A stretch of 64,000 nucleotides of DNA from Candidatus Babeliales bacterium. Lineage in GTDB: Bacteria; Babelota; Babeliae; Babelales; JANWKD01. Shown one piece after another: positions 20,785 through 30,764 of the stretch (its first letter is position 1; every line of letters begins with the position of its first letter). The stretch covers positions 256,001-320,000 of the forward strand of contig CAVXJH010000003.1 in NCBI GenBank assembly GCA_963762115.1. Reading direction: 5' to 3'. A program made the translations under genes and the position numbers. The notes below the pieces were generated by a model, which searched no databases, had not been told where the DNA came from, and worked only from the letters and a program-made list of their open reading frames with translations.

Positions 20785-20883
20785 TTAGGCCATCATATAA
20801 AGAAGAGAAAATGACATAACCATGAATGCCAAGAACAAAATTTTGCTTGTCTGTGAAAAACAGGAAATAATGTTAAGATTCAT
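20785..20883 (-). CDS. Putative Met-rich leader peptide (32 aa)
   Basis: MNLNIISCFSQTSKILFLAFMVMSFSLLYMMA*; GAGGTG RBS; promoter directly upstream. Confidence 0.6.
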   Translation of the reverse strand: MNLNIISCFSQTSKILFLAFMVMSFSLLYMMA

Positions 20884-20922
20884 AGTCACCTCAAAGGGTT
20901 GAATTGTTAAATACTCTATTAA

Positions 20923-20951
20923 ATTCTAGAAAACAAATTCAAATTTGTCAA
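20923..20951 (-). promoter_or_regulatory. Sigma70 promoter upstream of the Met-rich leader
   Basis: TTGACA-17 nt-TAGAAT on the minus strand. Confidence 0.65.
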
Positions 20952-21109
20952 TTTTTCAAAAGTCAAAGACATACAGAACAATTTTTTGTATCCTCAGGAT
21001 ATTATTGACGCTTAGAATATTTTATAATTAATAAACATATACTTTTTCTGTATTAATGATAAAACAAGTATCTATATACCTTTATATCGTTATAGAAAGA
21101 AAACATGCT

Positions 21110-22448
21110 ATGAATACGTTTAATAAACTATTAGCAATAGCTATACTAACCTGTACTCTTGGTACTATAACCTTAGGATTTAGTATTTTTAATACAAAAA
21201 ATACTAATACGATGCCAGTCAAAAACATTATTGTTATTGGAACTGGGGCAGCTGGCATAGGTTTTATACATGAAATACTAGAACAAAAAACTCTTGCTCA
21301 CATTACCTGGATAAGCTCTGATAATCATAATCCCTATGATCGAACTAAATTAGATTCAGTAGTTTCGCAAGAAATCTCAGAAAATGCCCCTACTCTCTTT
21401 GATAAAAAGAGTAACAACATTGATCTTCTCTTGGGTAAAAAAAGTAATATCTCTTGATGCTCAGAAAAAAATAGTAGCCTTAGATGATAAAAGCACTTAT
21501 TGCTATGATTATCTTTTTTTAGCAACAGGCTCAACGCCTAATGATCTTTTCCCGGAATCTCCCAAAGCTCAATCAATTAAAGGGATTTTTAATTTTCACA
21601 CCCTAGAAGATGCAAAAAATATTAATGCTTACATCAAGCAAAATACTATAACCGATGCGACAGTAATAGGTTGTGGCATTAATGGTCTTGAAGCAGCTGA
21701 TGCACTTTTTAGACGCGGTATAAAAGTTACTATTATTGATAGAAATGAACATATTTTACAAAATACTATTAATATCGAAGCTTCTCTAGCAATTGAAAAA
21801 AATATAAAAAATATATCTTCTATCACCTGGTATCCAAAATCTTCACTTAAAAATATCATACAAAAAAACGGCAATCTGGAAGGCATAGAACTTACTGATG
21901 GCAAAATAATTAAAACAGCGCTCATAATTAGTACTATTGGTGTAAAACCAAATATATATCTTGCAGAACAAAATGGCTTAACAATAAAAAATAATGCTTT
22001 AATAGTAGATAACACTATGAAAACAAGCGATCCATCAATTTATGCCGGCGGTGATATTATTTTGATATACGATAAAGGCACAAATACCCTCATTAAAAGC
22101 TGTAAGTGGGGAGATGCAGTAAAACAGGGTCATATCGCAGCAAGCAATATACTTGGTATAGAAAAAAAGTATCAAGGTTCCCTAATAGGCTATCGAACAT
22201 CATTCTTTGGTAATACTCTTGTTATGAGTGGGCTATTAAAAAATTACCCTACACAGTACAAAACAATTGAACAATCAGGTATAGATGATATGGGTAAACT
22301 TTTTTATCACAAAATAATCTTAGATAACAATATCATCAAAGGTTTTATTCTCTGTAATAACACGCAATCAGCAAGACGATTACGCAGAGCACTCGAAGAT
22401 CAAACACCATTTAATCATGAACGATTTTTAAGAAGATATAGCAAATAA
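21110..22448 (+). pseudogene. NAD(P)/FAD-dependent oxidoreductase (NADH oxidase/NirB-N type) with a frameshift
   Basis: IGTGAAG in the first ORF; LATGS, IGCGINGLE, TSDPSIYAGGD in the second; frames join at the A7 run 21437-21443. Confidence 0.75.
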
Positions 22449-22526
22449 AATAACTGTACAATTAAGTTGCTGTCAAAAAAAATTCTAATATTTGTGCAAT
22501 CGTGCAACTATTTTTAGATTGAGCAG

Positions 22527-22555
22527 TTGAATTTTAAATTTATTCATGCTAATAT
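22527..22555 (+). promoter_or_regulatory. Putative sigma70 promoter
   Basis: TTGAAT-17 nt-TAATAT with an extended -10 TG. Confidence 0.45.
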
Positions 22556-22596
22556 GGTTATATCTTATTAGAATAAAAATAGTAATAGAGGATAGA

Positions 22597-22680
22597 ATGC
22601 CCATGAACAGCATACTTTTTTCATCCCCGAAACCTTTCCATACCACATACCCAATAGGGTATCTTTGGCTTTGCCAATAA
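22597..22680 (+). CDS. Possible leader peptide (27 aa)
   Basis: MPMNSILFSSPKPFHTTYPIGYLWLCQ*; GAGGA RBS; hairpin plus T-run at 22762-22786. Confidence 0.35.
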   Translation: MPMNSILFSSPKPFHTTYPIGYLWLCQ

Positions 22681-22859
22681 ATACCTTCCTCATAGGCTCT
22701 ATCTTACCTATTCTTTATTTTCCAATTTTCCTTATCTGACTTTTCCTTTTTGGTTAAACCATTGGGCGTAAGCCCGAATATTTTTTGCGGCTAATAACCG
22801 GATTTAAAAACTTTTTTGTTAAAAAATAGTGGTATTTTCCAAAGTTAAGGAAATTTTTT

Positions 22860-23720
22860 ATGAAGAACATTACTTTATTATCTTGTATAGTTTTATTAAT
22901 CAGTTATTCATGTTTTATAAAGGGCATGGAATCAGACATCGAATATAGACAAGCAACCAATGATGATACTGTTGGCATTGTAGATCTGATTAATACTTAT
23001 GCATATAAAGATAATGATAAAATCGTTATCGTTCCAGAAGCATTTCGTGCAGCATACATACAAAGTGCAATCCAAACCAAAAGGCTTTTTGTTGCTTCTA
23101 ATGACAAAACAATTGTTGGCTACAAAAAATTATTTTGTATAACTGACGAACATGAATGCAATGATATTTTAAATAATGAACTACGCTGCACAGAAGATAC
23201 TTCTGCAGGATGTGCATTAATATCTGCGCATGATGAATCTACACAAGATTTTTTACCTGAACAACTAACAACAATCATGTCATTGCCAATAACCTACATT
23301 TATAACGGAGCAGATTTCACCCACCCTCAATATCGTGCACAAGGTATTAATAGCTCTTTAACCAAATATGCACTTGAAGCAACTTCAGATGCAGTGCGTA
23401 AAGATATTGAGAAAAAAAAGAGTACCTATCTTGCCATGGTATATGGATTGACCAAGTCAAATGCCGGTGCCAGCATCGTGGATGGCCGAACTCATGGTAT
23501 TTTTAAACAGTTTGTTTCATTTGCGCAGGCAATAACACATACATTAAAGTGTGCCGAACCATCCCAAGTAATTCTTAGTAGGCATCATGCATTTAAACCT
23601 TCATTTGATCCTAAAGCTACAGAATGCAAGCCTCTCTCAGATAGTCAATCTATTCCAGGATATGGATATCTTGTAGCTTGTGCTTTGGATCAAAACTCCA
23701 ATGAACGAGGTGATCTATGA
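22860..23720 (+). CDS. Signal-peptide GNAT-fold acetyltransferase-like protein
   Basis: IEYRQAT..D start, LFVA...IVGY, THPQYRAQGINSSL acetyl-CoA motif A. Confidence 0.65.
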   Translation: MKNITLLSCIVLLISYSCFIKGMESDIEYRQATNDDTVGIVDLINTYAYKDNDKIVIVPEAFRAAYIQSAIQTKRLFVASNDKTIVGYKKLFCITDEHECNDILNNELRCTEDTSAGCALISAHDESTQDFLPEQLTTIMSLPITYIYNGADFTHPQYRAQGINSSLTKYALEATSDAVRKDIEKKKSTYLAMVYGLTKSNAGASIVDGRTHGIFKQFVSFAQAITHTLKCAEPSQVILSRHHAFKPSFDPKATECKPLSDSQSIPGYGYLVACALDQNSNERGDL

Positions 23721-24883
23721 TTACCTTGCTACAAAAATATTTAGAAATTAATACTGCACATCCACATCCTCAGTATCACGCTGCTATTGCATTGTTTAAA
23801 AAGCAAGCAGAAAATGATGGTTTTTTGGTTACTGAACTTATTCTTCCTTCCGGCAATCCCGTGCTTATTATTACCTTGCAAGGCAGTTGTCTTGAAATGC
23901 CTGCCCTTGCATTAAATCATCATATGGATGTTGTTCCAGCTGATAATAAAGATGAATGGCTATTTAATCCATTTGCAGGAACAGTTCATGAAGATTATAT
24001 CTATGGAAGAGGTACACAAGATTGTAAAGGTCTTGGTGTAGTTCAATATGCAGCATTAAAAATGCTTAAGCAAAGCGAATTACAATCGGCAAGGACGATT
24101 CATTATATTATGGTTCCTGATGAAGAGCGCGGTGGATTTCATGGCATGAAAGAATTTGTTGAACATCCATTATTCGCATCATTTAACATAGGATATGTTT
24201 TAGATGAAGGCCTGCCTTCAGGAGATGATAACGAATTGCTCATTAAGATTGATGAACGTACGCCAATACAAATATGCATAACAAGTAGAGGGCAACAAAG
24301 CCATGCATCAGGATTACTTAATAAAAATTGCATTCATGAATTGACTAATTTTCTGGCAAATATTGCGGCATTTCAATCCAAACAACAACAAGAAGTTGCA
24401 TTGAATCAAGCCGGGCATCATATTTCAATGCATATTACTTCATTAAGTACAAATAATACTGCATTGAATGTTATTCCTACGCAAGCGCAAGCTACGCTTG
24501 ATATGCGCATACCATCGCACTTGTCTTTGGATTACGGAATTTCTTTAATAGATGAATTAATACAAAAACATACGAGTACTACCTATGAAATTTTAGCAAC
24601 AAGTCAGGAACGTTTTAAAATAATTAAAGAAGATTCAATGTTTTACCAAACACTTGCCCAAGCTGTTACTGATCATGGCATTAGTCCAAAATCTTTTGCA
24701 TTTGAAGCGACAACTGATGCCAGATTTTATAGCCACAAAGGCATTCAAGCAATTGGGCTTACGCCATTCACGGTTACGCCAAACTTACATGGTACTAATG
24801 AAAGTATTTATATAAACGATTTGGTGCAAGGAACCGCAGTTTTATATACCTTTTTACGTGCATTTTGCACATTAAATAATTGA
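23717..24883 (+). CDS. M20 family aminoacylase (ACY1-like N-acyl-L-amino acid amidohydrolase)
   Basis: LNHHMDVVP, GRGTQDCK, PDEERGG, LDEG, TDARFY, LHGTNE. Confidence 0.88.
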   Translation: MITLLQKYLEINTAHPHPQYHAAIALFKKQAENDGFLVTELILPSGNPVLIITLQGSCLEMPALALNHHMDVVPADNKDEWLFNPFAGTVHEDYIYGRGTQDCKGLGVVQYAALKMLKQSELQSARTIHYIMVPDEERGGFHGMKEFVEHPLFASFNIGYVLDEGLPSGDDNELLIKIDERTPIQICITSRGQQSHASGLLNKNCIHELTNFLANIAAFQSKQQQEVALNQAGHHISMHITSLSTNNTALNVIPTQAQATLDMRIPSHLSLDYGISLIDELIQKHTSTTYEILATSQERFKIIKEDSMFYQTLAQAVTDHGISPKSFAFEATTDARFYSHKGIQAIGLTPFTVTPNLHGTNESIYINDLVQGTAVLYTFLRAFCTLNN

Positions 24884-24895
24884 TAAGGAAAAAAA

Positions 24896-25891
24896 ATGAA
24901 AAAACTAATTATACTATTATTAGTGATTACAGGCGCAATCACTTTTTATTATGCCAAGCAGCACCTACTTGAAAAAGAAGAGCAAACAAATACTCAACAA
25001 TTGCATATTGCACTCTTTACCCCGATAGCACATCCAGCACTTGAAGAAATTGAACAAGGCTTTAAAGAAAAGTTACAACAACTAAACTTAAAGCAATGCG
25101 TTTTTACAACATTCAATGCTAATGGCAACAGAACATTATTGCGAGCACAAGCAGAAGAAATTGTGCAAGGTAATTATGATCTAATATTTTCCATGGGAGC
25201 GATGTGTTCACAAACGATTGCTGAGCTGCTGAAGAAAAAAAACCTCGAAACGCCGCATGTGTTTGCTGGTGTTGATGGTCCTGAGTTTGCTCTTTCATTA
25301 CAATCTTTGAATGAATCAACCACAGGCGTTTATGTAAAATCAGATTATGAACAAGAGCTCAGCATTCTTTTTAAACTTAAACCGGACACAAAAAACATTC
25401 TTCTTGCATACGATCCAACCCATGGTGTCGGTTTAGAAAAACAAAAGAACGAAATCGAAGAATATAGCAAAAAACATGGTGCAACATTACACAGCGTTGA
25501 AATTTATCAAACAAATGAAATTCAACAAAAGGTTGCAGCATCATTATCTAATATAGATGTTGTGCTTGTGCTTACTGATAACACAGTGGTTGCAGGCGTT
25601 GATGCTCTTATTGCATTATGCAATCGATTTGGCGTTACTTTGATGGCATCAGATTTGCCGTCAGGGAAAAAAGGCGCTGCATTATCCTACGGAATAAGTG
25701 AATACGAATCAGGTACTGGCGCTGCGCAAAAAGCACAGATGATACTACAACAAAATAAAAAACCACATGAAGTTCCCGTAACCGCCATAACTAATTTCCG
25801 ACTCCACATCAATAAAGACACCATGAAAATGCAGAATTTGACTCTTGATCATGAGACTTTAGAACAATTAGAAAAGGAGATCTCATGTTGA
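24896..25891 (+). CDS. ABC substrate-binding protein (TrpX-like aromatic amino acid family)
   Basis: HPALE, NANG, TDNTVV, INKDT pattern; N-terminal anchor. Confidence 0.85.
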   Translation: MKKLIILLLVITGAITFYYAKQHLLEKEEQTNTQQLHIALFTPIAHPALEEIEQGFKEKLQQLNLKQCVFTTFNANGNRTLLRAQAEEIVQGNYDLIFSMGAMCSQTIAELLKKKNLETPHVFAGVDGPEFALSLQSLNESTTGVYVKSDYEQELSILFKLKPDTKNILLAYDPTHGVGLEKQKNEIEEYSKKHGATLHSVEIYQTNEIQQKVAASLSNIDVVLVLTDNTVVAGVDALIALCNRFGVTLMASDLPSGKKGAALSYGISEYESGTGAAQKAQMILQQNKKPHEVPVTAITNFRLHINKDTMKMQNLTLDHETLEQLEKEISC

Positions 25892-26766
25892 ACACCTTGC
25901 TCGTTATTATCGAGCAAACCATGTTGCACTTACCGTTAATGTTTGGAGCTTATGTAAGTTTTTCATTATTAAAAGTCCCCGATTTAAGCATTGAAAGCGC
26001 TTATGTGGTTGGTGCAATTTTAGGTTCATCCGCTCTGATCAATATTGTAAATGTTCCTATGAGTATGATGATTTTCATCATACTCATGGCCAGCTTTCTT
26101 GGTGGAGCACTGGTAGGCATGACTTCAAGTTTGCTTACTCAAAAAGCTAAATTTCCCCATTTACTAAGCAGCATTGTTACCTTTGGTTTATTCCATGGTA
26201 TTAATCAGTTTATTTCAGCAACGTATGTTTCGTTAAGTAAAATAGATAATCCGCTTAGATTGCTTAACGGTATAACTCAATATCCTGAACTGCCCGTGCT
26301 CATTGTGATCGGTTGCCTTATTACAAGTCTTATGTATGCATTATTTAAAACACAACTTGGTTATGCATATGCAGTCTATGGCAACAATTCACAATTTTTT
26401 AAAAATTATGGCACCTCAACATCATTTGTATTTATTACCGGCATTATGATTGCCAATGGCTTGGCTGGCATAAGTGGTTATATGTTTGCACAATCAAACA
26501 ACTTTTTTGAACTTAATATGGGCCTTGGCAAGGCCCTTCTGTGCATCACAGCGCTTATCCTAGGAAAAGGCATACTGCACACAAAAAAACCGTTTTCAGT
26601 TGCTGTACCATTAGTTGGAACAGGTGCCTACTTTTCATTACAACAGTTACTGCTTAAAGTTGGGTTCAATTTAAAATATTTTACTGCCGTGCAAGCATTG
26701 TTGGTATTATGCATTTTGGTATATACCTTCCGAAAACAACCATGCAACGATAATTTGGGGGTATGA
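25885..26766 (+). CDS. ABC permease (TrpY-like)
   Basis: PDLSIESAY, KTQLGY, ANGLAGISG, multiple TM. Confidence 0.85.
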   Translation: MLNTLLVIIEQTMLHLPLMFGAYVSFSLLKVPDLSIESAYVVGAILGSSALINIVNVPMSMMIFIILMASFLGGALVGMTSSLLTQKAKFPHLLSSIVTFGLFHGINQFISATYVSLSKIDNPLRLLNGITQYPELPVLIVIGCLITSLMYALFKTQLGYAYAVYGNNSQFFKNYGTSTSFVFITGIMIANGLAGISGYMFAQSNNFFELNMGLGKALLCITALILGKGILHTKKPFSVAVPLVGTGAYFSLQQLLLKVGFNLKYFTAVQALLVLCILVYTFRKQPCNDNLGV

Positions 26767-27461
26767 CTATGTTTATTAAACATCTTTCATTTAAATTTAA
26801 CAAAAAGAGTGCTCAATCCTTTTTTCAGAATATAACAATCGCATTTGCACCCAATAAGGTCCATTTTATTCAAGGTGATAATGGTGTGGGAAAATCAACA
26901 TTTTTCAATATACTACAAGGAGCCATCGGAAAAGATGCTTACTTAGAGGCATCTATACAGTTGGATGGCACCACATTTAACACACACAATACTATGTTGC
27001 CGCATGTATTTACACAACAGGTGCACGTAGTGCAGCAAAATTATGATAGTATGATTGCAAATCAATTTACCTTCATGGAAAATTTGCAATTGGCAAACTT
27101 ACCTATGTATCCACATTTAAAACCACTACCTCAAGCAACATTGTTTGATGTCATTAAAACATTAGGCATAGATCCACATAAACCTGCTTATCTTTTATCA
27201 GGCGGCCAACGCCAATTATTGGCAATACTCATGGCATTACAAAAAACAACAAAACTATTATTACTTGATGAACCAACGGCGACCCTTGATAAAAAAAATG
27301 CGGATCTCATTATGCAATGCCTATTTCAACTTGCAGAGCAACTCAAGGTAACTATGCTGATTATTTGCCACGATAAAGAACTGGTGAAACAATATGCACA
27401 GGAAAATAATTTTGTTATTCAACAGTTAGAAGATGGTACGCGAATGATACATAAAACCTAA
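26763..27461 (+). CDS. ABC ATP-binding protein
   Basis: GDNGVGKST, LSGGQRQ, LLLDEPTATLD. Confidence 0.92.
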   Translation: MTMFIKHLSFKFNKKSAQSFFQNITIAFAPNKVHFIQGDNGVGKSTFFNILQGAIGKDAYLEASIQLDGTTFNTHNTMLPHVFTQQVHVVQQNYDSMIANQFTFMENLQLANLPMYPHLKPLPQATLFDVIKTLGIDPHKPAYLLSGGQRQLLAILMALQKTTKLLLLDEPTATLDKKNADLIMQCLFQLAEQLKVTMLIICHDKELVKQYAQENNFVIQQLEDGTRMIHKT

Positions 27462-27575
27462 AAATAGTATCCGATGTGTAATAATTAAAGCTGGGTTATT
27501 ATTTTAATTATTATTAAATGTATTATACTTGTATTAATCGAATATAATTTTCAAGATAAACAGTTAGGAAAACAT

Positions 27576-28558
27576 ATGCATAGAAAGAAAAAATTATCCA
27601 AATTATTTTTTATATCATTATTAATGTGTACTGCACTATTAAATGGCATGGAAGAAAAAAAAAACAATTTTTCATGTGATTTATTTAATACAAAAAAATC
27701 AGAATTACAAGCAATACCCCGTAAATGCTGTAAGCAGTATAAAAAATTATCAAAAATAGATAATACATCACTAACAACACTCTATGCATGGAGAGGAAAT
27801 GCCACGCCGCTGCTATATATGCCTCAAGAATATTTTGATTCAACGCAAAATGATTCTATGAACTTGAAAGCATTGTTTGAAAACTGTCAATTAGTTTCTG
27901 ACAACAATGTATTTATGCTCCATGATGAACCTAAGCCATGGGTGGAAAAAGAGCACAAGGGCAAGAGGATTTTTTACCTCGTTTGTATCAACCAAGAATT
28001 TCTTTAGATGCACTGCCGCAGCTATTACATAATGCAAAATCTATTCTTAAAGCCTTTTTACCTAGCGAAGAATTTATTTTTGACAAACAAAAATTTATTC
28101 AAAAAGGCGGTGCCATAGATCGGCTTTTTACCTATGCTAAACTGCAGCGCACTATTCAAGAAAAACAATTGTCGAATGTTTCTCTTCCACGAAAATTACT
28201 TATTATACAAGATAAAGAAAGTGGTAAATATATTGATAGTCAAAGCGCTCAAAATATTTTAGATGATGCACTAAAAATTGCTGTTTTGTATTCAAGTGCC
28301 GTTGAAATCAAAATGAATTGTTATTCACACAAATATGCTTTACTGATTTTTGCAGAAAGAAAAATAAACCATAACACACCATTAAATCAAGCAGCATTCG
28401 AAGATTTAAAAACACTCACTGCTGAAGCGCCATTTGATGTTGGCTATGATAATATTTTTAGTGATGAAAATGGCAATGCAATTGTTATAGATTCAGAATT
28501 TAAGGGCGAACCAGCTGAAACTTCCATACTAAAATTGAATCGATATAAACACAATTAA
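27576..28558 (+). pseudogene. Secreted hypothetical protein, probably one gene split by a frameshift
   Basis: Signal peptide (..LLNG-MEE) ORF 27576..28007 overlaps 27938..28558 in another frame across a T6 run (about 27970); no clear RBS for the second ORF. Confidence 0.5.
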
Positions 28559-28597
28559 TCAAGATTTTAAAGTATCTCTTTTGACAACTTCGTACAC

Positions 28598-28641
28598 GGA
28601 TGAAGGAGAAGCCGCTGCTTAACAAAGCTTCTCCTTCATCC
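28598..28641. terminator. Strong hairpin between convergent genes
   Basis: GGATGAAGGAGAAGC / GCTTCTCCTTCATCC 15-bp inverted repeat. Confidence 0.6.
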
Positions 28642-28649
28642 ATGGTTAT

Positions 28650-30023
28650 TTACTGCACACTTCTTTTTTTTACTTCTTGAGCAATTTCATACATACGATG
28701 AGTCATAGCTGAAAGCCCTTTTGGATCCATTAAAAGATAAAAATTCATAACCGTGTTTTTATCTTTATTCACGGTATCATATTCAATAATATCAGAATGT
28801 AAAACCACTCTTGATTGAACATACGGCAATAATTCCTTGTATTGTTCCTGTAATTCCATAACAGAATAATCACCAGCTTTAACACCAAGCATTTGTGAAA
28901 CATAACACCATTGTTCAGCTTTCTTTCGCGGTATCATCATTTGTAATAATCCTGCACTTGCTTGTTTTTCATAGTCATGGAGCTCAGCTTTATATTTTTC
29001 ATAAAGATCTTCTGCACCATAGTCTTTGAATATCTGCTGTATAATTGTTGTATCAACATCCTTTGCCAAAGTATCAAATAACATAGGCAAATAAACAACA
29101 TCAGAAGGATTTTTAATAAGAGCACTCACAATTTTTGGAAGAACCATCACTTGCGACATGAGCAGACCAACAACATTTAAAGAAACATCAGCAGTTTGAT
29201 ATGCCCACGAACACGGCTTTGCAATAAATTCTATGCTTGACTCTTTTCTTGGATTATTTATCCATGAAGTATTCCCATACAATCCTGCATTAACACTGAG
29301 AAGCTCTTCTCGATTATCAGTAAGATCCATATAAACCATCTCATTTCCTGTTGGAACTGGGTTACCATAAAGTATAACCCGCATTTCTTTAACCCGTGGT
29401 GCTTTTTTATAACGATCATCGTAATATTCTTGTGCATTTGCTTGTTGTATTTTGTTTTTTGCTTTTTGCACATCTCTTATTTGCACAAAATGTTCTTTAG
29501 GAGCATCATGCAAAACTTCATCGAAAATAGTTCTTAAAAGCATTGATGCACCTTTATGCGTTCCATGCACACAGCAGAAATAATCCTGCTCTTTATAAAC
29601 ACCCTCTTCATGACAAACATATTCAGTAAGATTATTCAATTCTTTGCGCATCTTAGGCATTACCACCCAACTTTCAGCTAATGAAAGCCTATTTATTTGC
29701 GCTCTACTCAAAATGGATCTATCACTAGGCGTAGCTAACGATAACACACTATCATGGTTAATCTGATCCTTTGTTACCGATGCCACGATTTTTTTCTCTT
29801 TATAATGCGCAAGAAGATTACTCACTTTCTTAGGTGTGGCTGGCGAACTTACTTCAATCATCTCTCGTGCATCATAACAATCTGCGACATATGCTGCCGC
29901 TGTTAAAATCCCCAGCGTTGCAATCTCTTTTTTATGAAGATACAGTTTTTCCATACCCAAAAGAGCATTACTTAATAACAACAAGATGAATGGCATACAC
30001 CACTTTATAAGTTTTAATATCAT
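28650..30023 (-). CDS. Secreted hypothetical protein (457 aa)
   Basis: Long ORF, AAGGA RBS, signal peptide ending LLG-MEK; no family recognised. Confidence 0.8.
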   Translation of the reverse strand: MILKLIKWCMPFILLLLSNALLGMEKLYLHKKEIATLGILTAAAYVADCYDAREMIEVSSPATPKKVSNLLAHYKEKKIVASVTKDQINHDSVLSLATPSDRSILSRAQINRLSLAESWVVMPKMRKELNNLTEYVCHEEGVYKEQDYFCCVHGTHKGASMLLRTIFDEVLHDAPKEHFVQIRDVQKAKNKIQQANAQEYYDDRYKKAPRVKEMRVILYGNPVPTGNEMVYMDLTDNREELLSVNAGLYGNTSWINNPRKESSIEFIAKPCSWAYQTADVSLNVVGLLMSQVMVLPKIVSALIKNPSDVVYLPMLFDTLAKDVDTTIIQQIFKDYGAEDLYEKYKAELHDYEKQASAGLLQMMIPRKKAEQWCYVSQMLGVKAGDYSVMELQEQYKELLPYVQSRVVLHSDIIEYDTVNKDKNTVMNFYLLMDPKGLSAMTHRMYEIAQEVKKRSVQ

Positions 30024-30173
30024 AGTTTTATTCCTTTAAACGTATTACTACGTATTTTTATCGTTCTATTTATATACATACAAGGTAATCAACATTTTCA
30101 CGAAAAAAGACGTGAAGGTGCCGGACACAATGATCACGAATTAAGATCGCAATCACCATTCATTAAAAAATAA

Positions 30174-30326
30174 TTAAAAACTAAAGGGAAAGAAAAAAGA
30201 AAAAAATGGACAGGGAAAAAGAAGAGTAGATTTGAATGAAAGATGTGGCGAAATATTCAGGAGCATTTTTGCTTCTATCCTGAGCTTTCTTTTATTAGAT
30301 TCGCAAGGTTTTTGTTGAGATAACAT
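30174..30326 (-). CDS. Putative Phe-rich leader peptide (50 aa)
   Basis: MLSQQKPCESNKRKLRIEAKMLLNISPHLSFKSTLLFPCPFFSFFFPFSF*; AAGGAAGG RBS; TTGACA-16 nt-TAAGCT at 30402-30375. Confidence 0.55.
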   Translation of the reverse strand: MLSQQKPCESNKRKLRIEAKMLLNISPHLSFKSTLLFPCPFFSFFFPFSF

Positions 30327-30549
30327 GACCTTCCTTTTCTTTAAAATGGTAAAAATAATACATGCTTGTGTATAAGCTTACAATATATAAATTTAATGTC
30401 AATATGAAATTAAATGTTTTTTAAAATTACAATATCAAATCAGGATTATTCTTAAATTTTCAAAAAAAAATTTCTTCTACTTTAAAGCTTATCTATAACC
30501 AAAAAACTAGTTCTTGCTATTTGTATTATTTAATGGTATAAATAATAAT

Positions 30550-30696
30550 ATGAAGATTAAAAAACCTACTATTCACAACTCATCCTTAGGTGCTAAAGCT
30601 TGTGGCCTTAACAGAGCCAAAAGCCAGAATTGCGCCCTTTCTTATATCAATTCTTATTATTTTTATTTTATATATGAGGGGTCGCATTATGCCTAA
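30550..30696 (+). CDS. Putative Tyr-rich leader peptide (48 aa)
   Basis: MKIKKPTIHNSSLGAKACGLNRAKSQNCALSYINSYYFYFIYEGSHYA*; followed by a terminator. Confidence 0.65.
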   Translation: MKIKKPTIHNSSLGAKACGLNRAKSQNCALSYINSYYFYFIYEGSHYA

Positions 30697-30731
30697 ATTA
30701 TAAATTTGAAAAATTATAAGGCAATTTGCGC

Positions 30732-30764
30732 AAAACCCCCGTTAAAAAACGGGGGTTTTTTTTT
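30732..30764 (+). terminator. Attenuator terminator upstream of ilvE
   Basis: AAAACCCCCG-TTAAAAAA-CGGGGGTTTT stem plus T9, lying between the leader and the CDS. Confidence 0.85.

Noticed and set aside
3830..27990. Programmed frameshifting as a common explanation for the four split genes
   Set aside because: Directions differ, most breaks sit at homopolymers, and no shared stimulatory structure is seen; sequencing indels or decay cannot be excluded without reads
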